Origin: Sphingorhabdus sp.
Lineage (GTDB): Bacteria > Pseudomonadota > Alphaproteobacteria > Sphingomonadales > Sphingomonadaceae
Reading direction: 5' to 3'
Length of the DNA: 62,755 nt
NCBI RefSeq assembly: GCF_044374345.1
Contig: NZ_JBILOS010000001.1
Coordinates: 1-62,755 of the forward strand
A program made the position numbers and the translations under genes. The notes below the pieces were generated by a model. The model searched no databases and was not told the origin of the DNA. It saw nothing but the letters and a program-made list of their open reading frames with translations. Positions 7,568 to 18,377 of the stretch are shown here, piece after piece; within the stretch, counting starts at the first letter, position 1, and each line of letters opens with the position of its first letter.

Positions 7568-8494
7568 ATGTTACAATTTCGGGGGCGTAAATCGTTGGCA
7601 AACGGACACATGGGGGCGGGTGACCGGCCCATATATACTTTAAGTGGGCACAGCCTTGTCGGGGACAAGCGCACAACGCCTATTCGCGGGGACCTAGCCG
7701 ACATCAGTCTGGCCGGAAAGCTGTTCGCACCGCATTATGCCGTGCCGATGCTGCGCACCGGCATTGCGCCCGTGACCGAAATTCATGCCGAGGCGCATGC
7801 CACATCCATGCCCGTTAGCGCGTTAATGCATGGTGAGGAGTTCGCCGTGCTTGATGTCGCGGGCGAATGGGCATGGGGCTATTGCCTGCACGACAATTAT
7901 CTGGGTTATGTCCGCTTTGCCGAGCTTGGCGATGATTTTGACGCCACACATATCGTCAGCGCGCCTGCGACATTACTGGTTTCTGAACCATCGACAAAGG
8001 CGCCTGTGCTGGCGCGTTACCCCATGGGTGCGCAGTTGCTTTGCGGCAGCCCAAGCGAATGCGGTAAGTATCTGGCGTGCGAAAATGGCTTTGTGCCATT
8101 GGCCCATTTGTCCGAAATCGGACGCGTTGCAGCATCACCGGCAGATTTGGCAGAACAGCTGATCGGTACGCCGTACAGCTGGGGTGGGCGCAGCGGGGAC
8201 GCCATTGATTGCTCGGGCCTTGTTCAATTGGTGTTCGGACTGAAGGGCCATATGCCGCCACGCGATGCCGATATGCAGATGGCAGAATTTGGCGAAGAAT
8301 TGGCCGAGGGCGACGCGTTGCAGCGCGGCGATCTGGTTTTCTTCCCCGGCCATGTTGGTATCATGGCCGATGCCGAGAACATCATCCACGCCAATGGAAC
8401 CGCGATGGCGGTTAGCGTTGAACCGCTGACAGATGCGGCGGCACGCTTTGCCGCGCATGATGAAGCGATTGTTGCGCGTAAGCGGGTAAAATGA
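7568..8494 (+). CDS. NlpC/P60 (C40) peptidase with SH3-like N-terminus; start uncertain
   Basis: GTPYSWGG...IDCSGLVQ...GDLVFFPGHVGI...IIHA. Confidence 0.9.
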   Translation: MLQFRGRKSLANGHMGAGDRPIYTLSGHSLVGDKRTTPIRGDLADISLAGKLFAPHYAVPMLRTGIAPVTEIHAEAHATSMPVSALMHGEEFAVLDVAGEWAWGYCLHDNYLGYVRFAELGDDFDATHIVSAPATLLVSEPSTKAPVLARYPMGAQLLCGSPSECGKYLACENGFVPLAHLSEIGRVAASPADLAEQLIGTPYSWGGRSGDAIDCSGLVQLVFGLKGHMPPRDADMQMAEFGEELAEGDALQRGDLVFFPGHVGIMADAENIIHANGTAMAVSVEPLTDAAARFAAHDEAIVARKRVK

Positions 8495-9429
8495 CCAAAT
8501 CGATCTTCATCGACGGCGCATCGGGCACAACCGGCCTTGAAATCGCGGACCGGCTCGCTGGGCGTGCGGAATTCACGCTCATCACGCTCGATGATGACAA
8601 ACGTAAGGACCCCGCTGCGAAACGCGAGGCATTGAACGATGCTGACTTTGTCATCCTGTGCTTGCCCGACGATGCGGCAAAAGAGGCGGTGGCAATGACG
8701 ACGTCGAGCCACACGCGCATCATCGACGCATCGACCGCGCATCGTGTGAACCCGAACTGGGCCTATGGCTTCCCCGAATATCGCACCGGCCAACACGACC
8801 GGATTGCCAATGCGCGCCTTGTCAGCAATCCCGGTTGCTACCCCACTGGCTTTTTGGGGCTGGTTGCACCCTTGGTCGCGGCCGGATTGATCCCCGCAGA
8901 CTGGCCCTACAGCGTCAACGCGGTGTCGGGCTATTCGGGCGGCGGGAAAGCATTGATTGAACGGTTCGAAGGCGGCGAGGGCGCAGATATCGGCTTTCGC
9001 ACCTATGGCCTTGATCTGAACCACAAGCATGTCGCCGAAATGCAGCAACATGCAGGGCTCGGCCTCGCGCCGATATTCTCACCCGCCGTGGTGCGCGCGT
9101 TCCGGGGCATGGTGGTGGAGGTGCCGCTGCCCATCTCGGTCATGCCCGGCAGCGATGATCCCGACGAAATGCACGCTGCGCTGGCTAAGCATTATGCCAA
9201 TTCGCTCGTCGTCAAAGTGCACCAAGACGCGCCGCCAGCGGAACTGCTGATCCGCGCCGACCAAGAACCGTCCGACAGGCTTGACCTCTACGTCCTCGGC
9301 TCACCCGACGGCGCGCAAGTCCGCTTGCTGGCATTGCTCGACAATCTCGGCAAAGGCGCCAGCGGGGCGGCGTTGCAGAACCTGAACATCATGGCCGGAT
9401 TGGACGAGACGATTGGGTTGCGGTTGTAA
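8491..9429 (+). CDS. argC: N-acetyl-gamma-glutamyl-phosphate reductase (type 2)
   Basis: FIDGASGTTGL, DASTAHR, NPGCYPTG, SGYSGGG, DNLGKGASG. Confidence 0.96.
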   Translation: MTKSIFIDGASGTTGLEIADRLAGRAEFTLITLDDDKRKDPAAKREALNDADFVILCLPDDAAKEAVAMTTSSHTRIIDASTAHRVNPNWAYGFPEYRTGQHDRIANARLVSNPGCYPTGFLGLVAPLVAAGLIPADWPYSVNAVSGYSGGGKALIERFEGGEGADIGFRTYGLDLNHKHVAEMQQHAGLGLAPIFSPAVVRAFRGMVVEVPLPISVMPGSDDPDEMHAALAKHYANSLVVKVHQDAPPAELLIRADQEPSDRLDLYVLGSPDGAQVRLLALLDNLGKGASGAALQNLNIMAGLDETIGLRL

Positions 9430-9453
9430 GCGCGACAATCGGATGTAACACCG

Positions 9454-9532
9454 CGTCACCCTGAACTTGTTTCAGGGTCTTAATTTCAACAACGCGCAAA
9501 AAGTAAGATGCTGAAACGCGTTCAGCATGACG
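9454..9532. repeat. REP-like doublet palindromic element between convergent argC and map
   Basis: cgtcaccctgaacttgtttcagggtct ... agatgctgaaacgcgttcagcatgacg: two internally palindromic units that are also imperfect inverted copies of each other, with CGTC/GACG ends. Confidence 0.8.
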
Positions 9533-9543
9533 TGGTAGAAACC

Positions 9544-10371
9544 TCAATAAGGCGGCTGATGCCACCCCTTCGGGCTGCTCGTAAATATCTCGCAGCCGTC
9601 TTCGGTGATGCCGATGCTGTGTTCGAACTGCGCGCTCAATGAACGGTCGCGCGTGACGGCCGTCCAGCCATCGTCGAGGACTTTGCCGGCTGCCTTGCCG
9701 ATGTTGATCATGGGTTCGATGGTGAAAATCATGCCGGGGCGCAGCTCTGGCCCAGTGCTGGGGCGACCAACATGGACGATTTCGGGGGCGTCGTGGAATA
9801 ATTGGCCAAGGCCATGGCCGCAGAAATCGCGGACGACGCCATAGCGGTGCTTTTCGGCATGGGTCTGGATCGCGTGGCCAATGTCGCCGACGCGGTTGCC
9901 GGGCTTGGCGGCTTCGATGCCGAGCATCAGGCATTCATAGGTCACGTCGACCAAGCGCTTTGCCTTTACCGGCACGTCGCCGACAAGGAACATACGGCTG
10001 GTGTCGCCGTGCCAGCCATTCAGCTGCGGCGTGACGTCGATGTTGACGATGTCCCCGTCCTTCAATTTCTTGTCCGATGGAATGCCGTGGCAAATGACAT
10101 GGTTGATCGAAATGCAGCAGCTGTGCGTGTAACCGCGATAGCCAAGGGTTGCTGGCACTGCGCCACCGCGCATCGTCATCTCGCGGACGATATCGTCCAG
10201 CTCCTCGGTACTGACACCCGGCACGACATGCGGCACCAATGCGTCGAGGATTTCGGCGGCAAGGCGGCCGGCCTTGCGCATGCCTTCAAAGCCTTCGGCC
10301 CCGTGTAATTTGATGACCCCGTCGCGGGCCTGCATCGCCTCTTCGGGCGTAACGCTTACATATTGTTCCAT
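9544..10371 (-). CDS. map: Type I methionine aminopeptidase
   Basis: CISINHVICHGIP, GDIVNIDVT, GWHGDTSR, FCGHGLG, FTIEPM, SAQFEHS. Confidence 0.97.
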   Translation of the reverse strand: MEQYVSVTPEEAMQARDGVIKLHGAEGFEGMRKAGRLAAEILDALVPHVVPGVSTEELDDIVREMTMRGGAVPATLGYRGYTHSCCISINHVICHGIPSDKKLKDGDIVNIDVTPQLNGWHGDTSRMFLVGDVPVKAKRLVDVTYECLMLGIEAAKPGNRVGDIGHAIQTHAEKHRYGVVRDFCGHGLGQLFHDAPEIVHVGRPSTGPELRPGMIFTIEPMINIGKAAGKVLDDGWTAVTRDRSLSAQFEHSIGITEDGCEIFTSSPKGWHQPPY

Positions 10372-10433
10372 GCAGGCGATATAAGGCAATAATCCGCACT
10401 TTGCGAGGGGGTGAATTATGCTATCGCGTGCGT

Positions 10434-11192
10434 ATGACAGATTCCCGCATATATACCGCAGCGCTTGTAATCATCGGCGACGAGATCCTCTCTGGCCGAA
10501 CACAGGACAAAAATGTCGCACAGATTGCGCTTTGGCTCAATATTCAAGGCATTCGCTTGCGCGAAGTGCGTGTGGTCGCCGATGATATGGATGCCATTAT
10601 AGAGGCGGTGAACATCTTGCGTGCGCGCAATGACTATCTGTTTACCACCGGCGGCATTGGCCCGACGCATGATGACATTACGGTTGACGCGATCGCGGCA
10701 GCGCTCGGCGTCGATGTTGTTATTCATCCAGAGGCAAGCGCCGTCCTGCATGCTTATTATGAAACACGTGGCGGCATTAACCCGGGCCGCCTGCGCATGG
10801 CGCGTGTGCCCGATGGCGCGGACCTTATCCCCAATAAGATGTCAGGCGCGCCCGGCATTCGCCATGGCAACATCTTCATCATGGCCGGCGTGCCACATAT
10901 CACCGCCGGTATGTTGGATGCCCTGACCGGTAGTTTGGAGGGTGGCGCGCCCTTGTTGTCACAACAAATCGGCTGCTGGGTGGCCGAAAGCGAAGTTGCC
11001 AAATTGTTGGGCGATACCGAAAAGCAGCATGAAGGTTGTCAGATCGGCAGCTACCCGTTTTTCCGCGAAGGCAAGGTCGGGGCGAACTTCGTTGTCCGGA
11101 CAACCGACGCAGGCCAACTCGCCAAATGCATCGACGCGCTCAAGTTTGGCTTGCACGGCTTAGGCTATGATACCGTCGATGGTGGAATTTAA
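10434..11192 (+). CDS. Competence/damage-inducible CinA-like molybdopterin-binding protein
   Basis: IIGDEILSGRTQDKN, TTGGIGPTHDDIT, MAGVP, IGSYPF. Confidence 0.92.
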   Translation: MTDSRIYTAALVIIGDEILSGRTQDKNVAQIALWLNIQGIRLREVRVVADDMDAIIEAVNILRARNDYLFTTGGIGPTHDDITVDAIAAALGVDVVIHPEASAVLHAYYETRGGINPGRLRMARVPDGADLIPNKMSGAPGIRHGNIFIMAGVPHITAGMLDALTGSLEGGAPLLSQQIGCWVAESEVAKLLGDTEKQHEGCQIGSYPFFREGKVGANFVVRTTDAGQLAKCIDALKFGLHGLGYDTVDGGI

Positions 11193-11252
11193 GCGCAGGT
11201 TCGTCAGCGCGTTCATGTGCAGTCAAGCCTTCGTTCCGTTATGGGGATTGTA

Positions 11253-14129
11253 ATGCGCAAATTCACTCAATCGCTCGTTTTCGCAGCCCTTTTGCTCTCC
11301 ACCGCTGCATACGCACAAAATGTGGCGCCCGCCGCATCGGTCGCGGCAAAGGCGGCCAAAGTTCCGTGGCTGTACGAAGGCAGCGACGTTCCGGTTGACG
11401 ACAGCTGGACCTTTGGTGTGCTGCCCAATGGGCTGCGCTATGCGGTGAAGAAAAATGATGTGCCTGCGGGGCAGGTGTCCATTCGCGTGCGGATCGATGC
11501 AGGCGCGCTGCATGAAAATAATGACGAGCAAGGTTTTGCGCATCTGATCGAACATTTGTCCTTCCGTGGGTCAACCTTTGTGCCCGATGGCGAGGCCAAG
11601 CGCATTTGGCAAAGGTTCGGCGTCACCTTTGGCAGCGACAGCAATGCGCAGACGACCCCGACGCAGACGGTCTACAAGCTCGACCTGCCCAATGCGACGC
11701 CCAAAAAGCTGGACGAGTCGGTCAAAATCATTTCGGGCATGATCCGCAATCCGCGTATCTCGCCCAGTGCCTTATATGCCGAACGTGCTATCGTCCTGGC
11801 CGAGATGCGCGAAAATAGCGGCGCGCAAATGGTCTATAGCGATGCCCTGCGCCAGCACGCATTTCAGGGACAGAGGTTGGCAAACCGGTCGACGATCGGT
11901 ACGCCTGAAACATTGCAGGCGGCCGACGCCTTACGTTTGAGTGCATTTCATGACCGTTGGTATCGGCCCGAAAATGCAGTCGTCGTCATGGCTGGCGATA
12001 TGGAACCCGCGCAACTGGCCAATTTGGTGCAGAAATATTTCAACGACTGGAAAGGGAAGGGCGCCCGCGCGCCTGAGCCTGCCTTTGGCGACCCAACACC
12101 CCAAGGCACCCCGACGCGCGTGCTGATTGAACCAACATTGCCCACCACCGTCAGCATTGCGTATCTGCGCCCTTGGCGGAAAGTTAACGATACGATTGCG
12201 TATAATGAGCAGTTGTTGATTGACGCCCTTGCGCTTCAGATCATCAATCGCAGGCTTGAGGTGCAGGCGCGCAGCGGCGGCAATTATCTGTTCGCTGAAA
12301 TCGCACAGGAAGATATTTCGCGCACCGCGGACGCGACTTTGGTGTCGATCACCCCCGTTGGCGACAAATGGGAAGCGGCTACGCGGGATGTCCGCGCCGT
12401 CATCGCCGACGCTATTGCCACGCCACCATCGGTTGCGGATATCGAGCGTGAGACAACGCTTTTCGGAAATGCGTTGCGCACAATGCTCGACAGCTATCCG
12501 TTTGAAGCCGCCGCGAAGCAAGCGGATGATATCGTCAATGCCGTGGATATTCGGGAAACGGTGGCCGCGCCCAAAACGGTCGTTCAGGTGTTTGAGGGCA
12601 TGAAGGACAAGTTTACGCCGCAGCGGCTGCTGGCATCGACCCAAAAGTTGTTCACGGCCGATGCAACACGGTTGATGCTGTCTTCACCCGTGCCGATAGC
12701 GGACGCAGACAATCGTGCGCTTGCCGCCTTAAATGCAGCCGTGTCGGCGAATACGACGGCGCGTTTATCCGAAAATACCCTTGGCTTTGCGGCGCTGCCG
12801 AAGTTGGGCGCACCCGGCAAGATGGTGAGCGAGGAGACAATATCACGGTTGGAGATGACCCGGCTTGAACTGTCCAACGGCGTGCGGGCGTTGCTGTATC
12901 CGAACAAGGCCGAAAGCGACCAGATTCGCGTGCTCGTCCGTTTTGGCCGCGGCTACCAAGCCGTTACCCCTGACAATGGCAGCTTGCTGTGGGCAGGGCC
13001 GATCGTCTTGCCGGAAAATGGCATTGGCAACCTCAAGCGCACGGAAATTGACCAGATGGTCAATGGTCGGCGCATTGAACTCAACTTCTCCATTGATGAT
13101 GATGCATTCCAGTTTGGCGCAAATACGCGGCCTGATGACCTTGCGGATCAGTTGACGTTAATCGCCACAAAGATCGAGCATCCCGGTTGGGACCCGGCGC
13201 CCGTTGAACGGGCAAAGGCGCTCGCGACGTCGGGTTATGCGAGTTTCGAAATGTCGGCGACCTCGGTGTTGCAGCGTGATTTGGAATATCTGCTACGCAA
13301 CAATGACCCACGCTGGAAAGCCGCGGCACCGGCGGATGTTGCGAAAGTCGATGCAGCCAAGTTCGAAGCATATTGGAAGCCACTGATGGCGCAGGGACCC
13401 GTTGAGGTTCTTCTCTTTGGGGACTTCGACAAGGCCGCGGCGGTTGCGGCGTTGGAAAAAAGCTTTGGTGCTTTGTCGCCGCGCGTGCCTATGCCCGTCG
13501 CGGCAGCGGCGCGCGATGTCCGTTTCCCAGCGCCGACCGCGACCCCCATAAAGCTGACGCATCGCGGCGCTGGTGATCAGGCGGCGGCGGTGATGGCATG
13601 GCCCACCGGCGGCGGGATTGCCGGCATCAGCGAAGGACGGCAGCTGGAAACATTAGCAGCAATTTTCCGTGACCGCCTGTTTGAGAAATTCCGTGCGGAG
13701 CAGGCCGCAAGCTACAGTCCCGACATGACGGCCAATTGGCCCATCAATTTCAACAGCGGTGGATATTTGATGGCCTATACGCAGGTCAAACCAACCGACG
13801 TGGACCGTTTTTTTGCATTCGCGGATTCGGTTGCGGCGGATTTGATCGCTAATCCTGTGAGCGCCGATGAACTGCAGCGTGCGGTCGAGCCGACCAAGCA
13901 AGCCATTGAGCGCGCCGCGTCAGGCAACACATTTTGGCTCAACCAGCTCAAGGGGTCGACATATGATCCTGAACGCTTCGCTGCATTGGGGACGCTTTAC
14001 AGTGATTATAACAGCGTGACGCCCGAGATATTACAAGCACTGGCAAAGCGCTATTTCGTCAAGGACAAGGCGTGGAAGCTTGTGGTTGCACCGCAGTCTG
14101 CGAATGCAGACGCCCCAAATTCGCGCTGA
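11253..14129 (+). CDS. M16 zinc metallopeptidase (PqqL-like), secreted
   Basis: Signal peptide; GVLPNGLRY; inverted zinc motif HLIEH; duplicated M16 domains (second LSNGVRA). Confidence 0.92.
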   Translation: MRKFTQSLVFAALLLSTAAYAQNVAPAASVAAKAAKVPWLYEGSDVPVDDSWTFGVLPNGLRYAVKKNDVPAGQVSIRVRIDAGALHENNDEQGFAHLIEHLSFRGSTFVPDGEAKRIWQRFGVTFGSDSNAQTTPTQTVYKLDLPNATPKKLDESVKIISGMIRNPRISPSALYAERAIVLAEMRENSGAQMVYSDALRQHAFQGQRLANRSTIGTPETLQAADALRLSAFHDRWYRPENAVVVMAGDMEPAQLANLVQKYFNDWKGKGARAPEPAFGDPTPQGTPTRVLIEPTLPTTVSIAYLRPWRKVNDTIAYNEQLLIDALALQIINRRLEVQARSGGNYLFAEIAQEDISRTADATLVSITPVGDKWEAATRDVRAVIADAIATPPSVADIERETTLFGNALRTMLDSYPFEAAAKQADDIVNAVDIRETVAAPKTVVQVFEGMKDKFTPQRLLASTQKLFTADATRLMLSSPVPIADADNRALAALNAAVSANTTARLSENTLGFAALPKLGAPGKMVSEETISRLEMTRLELSNGVRALLYPNKAESDQIRVLVRFGRGYQAVTPDNGSLLWAGPIVLPENGIGNLKRTEIDQMVNGRRIELNFSIDDDAFQFGANTRPDDLADQLTLIATKIEHPGWDPAPVERAKALATSGYASFEMSATSVLQRDLEYLLRNNDPRWKAAAPADVAKVDAAKFEAYWKPLMAQGPVEVLLFGDFDKAAAVAALEKSFGALSPRVPMPVAAAARDVRFPAPTATPIKLTHRGAGDQAAAVMAWPTGGGIAGISEGRQLETLAAIFRDRLFEKFRAEQAASYSPDMTANWPINFNSGGYLMAYTQVKPTDVDRFFAFADSVAADLIANPVSADELQRAVEPTKQAIERAASGNTFWLNQLKGSTYDPERFAALGTLYSDYNSVTPEILQALAKRYFVKDKAWKLVVAPQSANADAPNSR

Positions 14130-14168
14130 CGCTCCTTTTGTCCTTACAATCCGCTTAGGCGGACAGCG

Positions 14169-15470
14169 TCAAAGCACATATTTGGATAGGTCGGTGTCTT
14201 TTGCGATGCCCGATAGCTGCTTGTGCACATAGTCCGCGTCGATCACGATTACGTCACCCTTGCGGTCTTCGGCATCGAAGCTGATATCTTCCAGCAGCTT
14301 TTCCATAACCGTTTGCAGCCGCCGTGCGCCGATATTTTCAACCGTCGAGTTCACATCCACCGCAATGCGCGCGATGGCATCAATCGCATCGTCGCTAAAT
14401 TCGAGCGTGACCTCTTCAGTTGCCAGTAACGCTGTATATTGCTGCGGCAAATTGGCGCGGGTTTCCGAGAGGATACGAACGAAATCGGCATGCTCCAATG
14501 CGCGAAATTCAACACGGATGGGCAGACGACCCTGCAATTCAGGCAGCATGTCGCTAGGCTTTGAAATGTGGAACGCGCCTGATGCGATAAACAGCACATG
14601 GTCGGTTTTCATGGGGCCATATTTGGTCGCCACTGTCGTGCCTTCGATCAATGGCAGCAGGTCGCGCTGGACGCCTTCACGGCTAACGGATCCTCCGCGC
14701 ACATCCGACACGGCAATCTTGTCGATCTCGTCCAGAAAGACGATCCCATTGGCTTCCGCGTCCGCCAAAGCTGCGCGGTTGACGTCGTCTTGGTCAAGAC
14801 GCTTTTCAGACTCTTCCTCGACCAGCTTGTTCCAAGCGTCGGGGACCTTCATTTTGCGGCGTTTCAGATTGTCTTTGCCAAAGGCTTTGCCCATCATTTC
14901 GCCAAGGTTGATCATGCCGACATTGCCGCCCAGGCCGGGAATTTCCATCGGCGTGGTTGGGCTGTCCGACACTTCAATCTCGATTTCGACATCGTCCATG
15001 TGGCGATCACGAATGCGCTGGCGAAATGCCTCGCGCGTGGCTTCGCTGGCGGTATCGCCCGCCAATGGCTTCAGAATCCGCTCCATCGCTGCGGCTTCGG
15101 CGGCCTCACGCACATGTTCGCGGCGGCGTTCTTTCTCAAGACGGACGGCCTCTTCAGCTAGGTCACGGGCGATCTGCTCAACGTCCCGACCGACATAGCC
15201 AACTTCGGTGAACTTGGTCGCTTCGACCTTGATAAACGGCGCATCCGCAAGCTTGGCGAGACGACGCGATATCTCGGTCTTGCCGCAACCCGTGGGGCCA
15301 ATCATCAGGATGTTTTTGGGCGTCACTTCATCGCGCAAATCTGCACCGAGGCGCTGGCGGCGCCAGCGATTGCGCAGCGCCACAGCGACCGCACGTTTCG
15401 CGTCGGCCTGGCCAATAATATGTTCGTCAAGAGCAGCCACAATGGCTTTAGGTGTCAGAGCGTTTTTCAT
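14169..15470 (-). CDS. hslU: HslUV protease ATPase subunit
   Basis: [36 protein letters not shown]. Confidence 0.98.
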   Translation of the reverse strand: MKNALTPKAIVAALDEHIIGQADAKRAVAVALRNRWRRQRLGADLRDEVTPKNILMIGPTGCGKTEISRRLAKLADAPFIKVEATKFTEVGYVGRDVEQIARDLAEEAVRLEKERRREHVREAAEAAAMERILKPLAGDTASEATREAFRQRIRDRHMDDVEIEIEVSDSPTTPMEIPGLGGNVGMINLGEMMGKAFGKDNLKRRKMKVPDAWNKLVEEESEKRLDQDDVNRAALADAEANGIVFLDEIDKIAVSDVRGGSVSREGVQRDLLPLIEGTTVATKYGPMKTDHVLFIASGAFHISKPSDMLPELQGRLPIRVEFRALEHADFVRILSETRANLPQQYTALLATEEVTLEFSDDAIDAIARIAVDVNSTVENIGARRLQTVMEKLLEDISFDAEDRKGDVIVIDADYVHKQLSGIAKDTDLSKYVL

Positions 15471-15517
15471 TACTGCCTAGATGGGAAGTTGCCGGTGCTG
15501 TTCAAGTGACGCGCAGG

Positions 15518-16084
15518 TTATGCCGCGCTGTCCAAGGTCTCAACGGTCAGTTGATTGTTGGTGTATACACAGATTTCAGAGGCGATTTTCATGGCATGAC
15601 GTGCCATTTTATCGGCATCTGCCTCATAATCCGCCAGCGCCCGTGCTGCTGACAATGCGTAATTGCCGCCAGACCCAATCGCCGCGATGCCATCATTGGG
15701 TTCAAGCACATCGCCATTGCCAGTGAGGATCAATGTCACGTCTTTGTCAGCGACAATCATCATCGCTTCCAAATTGCGCAGATATTTGTCGGTGCGCCAA
15801 TCTTTGGCCAATTCCACCGCAGCGCGCATCAATTGACCACGATGCTGCTCCAGCTTGCGCTCAAGTCGTTCAAACAGTGTGAACGCATCGGCGGTCGCGC
15901 CGGCAAAGCCACCAATGACGGATCCGTCATGCAGCTGACGGACCTTCTTGGCATTGGGCTTCATGACCGTTTGACCCATGGAGACTTGGCCATCACCAGC
16001 GATGACGACTTTGCCGTTTTTGCGCACAGACAATATGGTGGTGCCGTACCAAGTGGACGGATTTCCGTGAGAGTGATTTTCCAT
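15518..16084 (-). CDS. hslV: HslUV protease peptidase subunit
   Basis: GTTILSVR (catalytic Thr), [23 protein letters not shown]. Confidence 0.98.
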   Translation of the reverse strand: MENHSHGNPSTWYGTTILSVRKNGKVVIAGDGQVSMGQTVMKPNAKKVRQLHDGSVIGGFAGATADAFTLFERLERKLEQHRGQLMRAAVELAKDWRTDKYLRNLEAMMIVADKDVTLILTGNGDVLEPNDGIAAIGSGGNYALSAARALADYEADADKMARHAMKIASEICVYTNNQLTVETLDSAA

Positions 16085-16091
16085 TTTTTGG

Positions 16092-16120
16092 ATATGGGTC
16101 GATTGACGCCAAAGCGCAAG
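16092..16120 (-). promoter_or_regulatory. RpoH (sigma32)-type promoter for hslVU
   Basis: Minus strand CTTG-N18-CCCATAT, 7 nt before the ATG; fits a heat-shock operon. Confidence 0.7.
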
Positions 16121-16127
16121 AGAGGGC

Positions 16128-17132
16128 TTAGGCGCTTTGAATATCTGTCAGGCGGCGTTCCCATGCGAGCGCGTGTTGAACGATTTGGTCCAGATTGTCA
16201 TAGCGCGGTTCCCATCCAAAGCGATCCTTGATCGCTTTATTGTCAGAAATCAGCGAGTCAGGATCTCCAGCGCGTCGACCTTCCATTTTGCGGTCCAATT
16301 TCTTGTTGGTCACGCGGTCGACAGCATCAAGGACCTGCATCACCGAATAGCCATGGCCGTATCCGCAATTGAGCGTGTGGCTGCGCGCGGGATCCGCGAT
16401 AAGTGCCTCAAGCGCGATGACGTGCGCCGCAGCGAGATCGCTGACATGGATGTAATCGCGAACGCCAGTCCCATCTTCGGTCGCATAGTCGGTGCCGAAA
16501 ACGCTCACGCTTTCCCGCTTACCGAGGGCAGCCTCAACCGCGATTTTTAGCAAATGTGTCGCCCCGACGGTGGACTGGCCTGTGCGCGCAAGTGGATCTG
16601 CGCCTGCGACATTGAAGTAACGCAGCGCGCAATAGTTGAAATCATGTGCCGCCGCGACATCGCGCAACATCATTTCAGTCATCAATTTCGATGTTCCGTA
16701 CGGATTGATGGGCTGTGTCGCCATATCTTCGCGCACCGGGCTGGTTTCGGGGATGCCATATGTCGCCGCGGTCGACGAAAAAATCATGTGTTTGACGCCG
16801 GATGAAACGGCCGTCTCAAGCAAACTGCGGCTTTTTGCGGTGTTATTGTTGTAATATTTTAGCGGGTTCTCAACAGATTCCGGTACAACCACTGATCCCG
16901 CAAAGTGCATGATGGCGTCGATATGTTCATCGCGAATGATGCTTTCGACCAGCTCTGAATCGCTGATGTCTCCATGGAAGAATCCGGCGTCTTCAGCCAC
17001 GGCCCAACGGAAGCCAGTTACCAGATTATCGATAACAATAGGGCGATGACCAGCGTCGATTAAAGCGAGCACGGCGTGGCTGCCAATATATCCAGCGCCT
17101 CCAGTCACCAAGACGTTGAGTTTTTGTACCAT
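16128..17132 (-). CDS. galE: UDP-glucose 4-epimerase
   Basis: [44 protein letters not shown]. Confidence 0.96.
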   Translation of the reverse strand: MVQKLNVLVTGGAGYIGSHAVLALIDAGHRPIVIDNLVTGFRWAVAEDAGFFHGDISDSELVESIIRDEHIDAIMHFAGSVVVPESVENPLKYYNNNTAKSRSLLETAVSSGVKHMIFSSTAATYGIPETSPVREDMATQPINPYGTSKLMTEMMLRDVAAAHDFNYCALRYFNVAGADPLARTGQSTVGATHLLKIAVEAALGKRESVSVFGTDYATEDGTGVRDYIHVSDLAAAHVIALEALIADPARSHTLNCGYGHGYSVMQVLDAVDRVTNKKLDRKMEGRRAGDPDSLISDNKAIKDRFGWEPRYDNLDQIVQHALAWERRLTDIQSA

Positions 17133-17303
17133 GGTCGCATTTCCCGTTATTATGATTGCCGACACGCGCGGATTTCGTGCCATTCCCTCATGTGTCTCTA
17201 TTTTCCGGACTGTTGCATTTTTCATTCAATACTGCGAACCATTTTGGATGGCCATGTTTCTTCAAAATCATGCTGCGGTTGGTTGTGGTAACGGCGGTAT
17301 TCC

Positions 17304-18131
17304 TTGCGCGTAGCTGTGCACCAGATGACGAGCGGTGTTTTGCCAGCGACGAACGTTTCGGAGATGATCGGGGCGATCGAAGCGGCTGCGCTCGGCGGGG
17401 CCGTCATGTATTTCGCGCCCGAAATGTCGATAATGATCAACCGAAGGCGCGACGAAGCGCGCTTGCACATATGTGAAGAGGCGCAGACAGAATCGATTGA
17501 ACTCATCGCTGAAGCTGCATATCGCAATAATATATGGGTTCACTTGGGTTCTCTTCCGGTGGTGCATGGTGCCGGACCACAACTCGCAAACCGCAGCATC
17601 GTTATTTCTGCTAATGGCGAAATTATTGCGCGCTATGACAAAATTCATTTGTTTGATGTGGATTTGAAATCCGGCGAAAGTTGGCGCGAGTCTTCGGCCT
17701 ATGTCGGCGGTGAAACCCCCGTAATCGTGGACACGCCATTGGGGCGAATGGGGTTAGCGGTTTGCTACGATATGCGTTTTCCAGACTTGTTCAGCGCTTA
17801 CGCGAAAGCGGGCGTCGATATCATCACACTGCCGTCGGCATTTACAGTGCCCACAGGCGCGGCGCACTGGCACACATTGCTGCGGGCACGCGCGATTGAA
17901 AGCGAATGTTTCGTGATTGCAGCAGCACAATGCGGGGCACATGAAGATGGCCGTGAGACGTACGGCCATTCACTTGTGGTCGATCCTTGGGGAGAGGTCG
18001 TCCTTGATATGGGAAGCACGCCCGGGCTCGCTTTTGTTGATTTGAATCTCGATAAGATCGCGGAAGTTCGGCAGCAAATTCCCGTGCATCAAAACCGCCG
18101 TGCAATCGCCGAACCCAGATTTTGTGAATAG
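17304..18131 (+). CDS. Carbon-nitrogen hydrolase (Nit1-like deaminated glutathione amidase)
   Basis: FAPE, YDKIHLFDV, GLAVCYDMRFP catalytic triad; TGAAHWHTLLRARAIE. Confidence 0.92.
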   Translation: MRVAVHQMTSGVLPATNVSEMIGAIEAAALGGAVMYFAPEMSIMINRRRDEARLHICEEAQTESIELIAEAAYRNNIWVHLGSLPVVHGAGPQLANRSIVISANGEIIARYDKIHLFDVDLKSGESWRESSAYVGGETPVIVDTPLGRMGLAVCYDMRFPDLFSAYAKAGVDIITLPSAFTVPTGAAHWHTLLRARAIESECFVIAAAQCGAHEDGRETYGHSLVVDPWGEVVLDMGSTPGLAFVDLNLDKIAEVRQQIPVHQNRRAIAEPRFCE

Positions 18132-18152
18132 AATGACCGCGAGCATTTCGGA

Positions 18153-18368
18153 ATGAGCAGCTTTACCCTGATGAATTGGCAAGACCATTTTTGGACAGCT
18201 TTGTCCGCGGTGTCGGCATTACTGGTGCTGATTAGCAGTGTTGCGGACCGGCGGCGCCATAAACGGACAAAACTCGACCAGGTCGGTATAATGCCCTGGA
18301 CCGGCATTACAGTATTTTCCGTGCTGATTACGGTATTGGCCGCCGCGTTGGCGATTAAAGGGCTTTAG
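18153..18368 (+). CDS. Small membrane protein
   Basis: Two hydrophobic segments around ADRRRHKR...LDQVGIMPWT. Confidence 0.7.
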   Translation: MSSFTLMNWQDHFWTALSAVSALLVLISSVADRRRHKRTKLDQVGIMPWTGITVFSVLITVLAAALAIKGL

Positions 18369-18377
18369 GTCCTGACC

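Noticed and set aside
14260-15198. Long antisense ORFs, such as those opposite hslU, polA, serA, putA and the RND permease
   Set aside because: Shadow ORFs caused by GC-biased codon usage of well-supported genes on the other strand.
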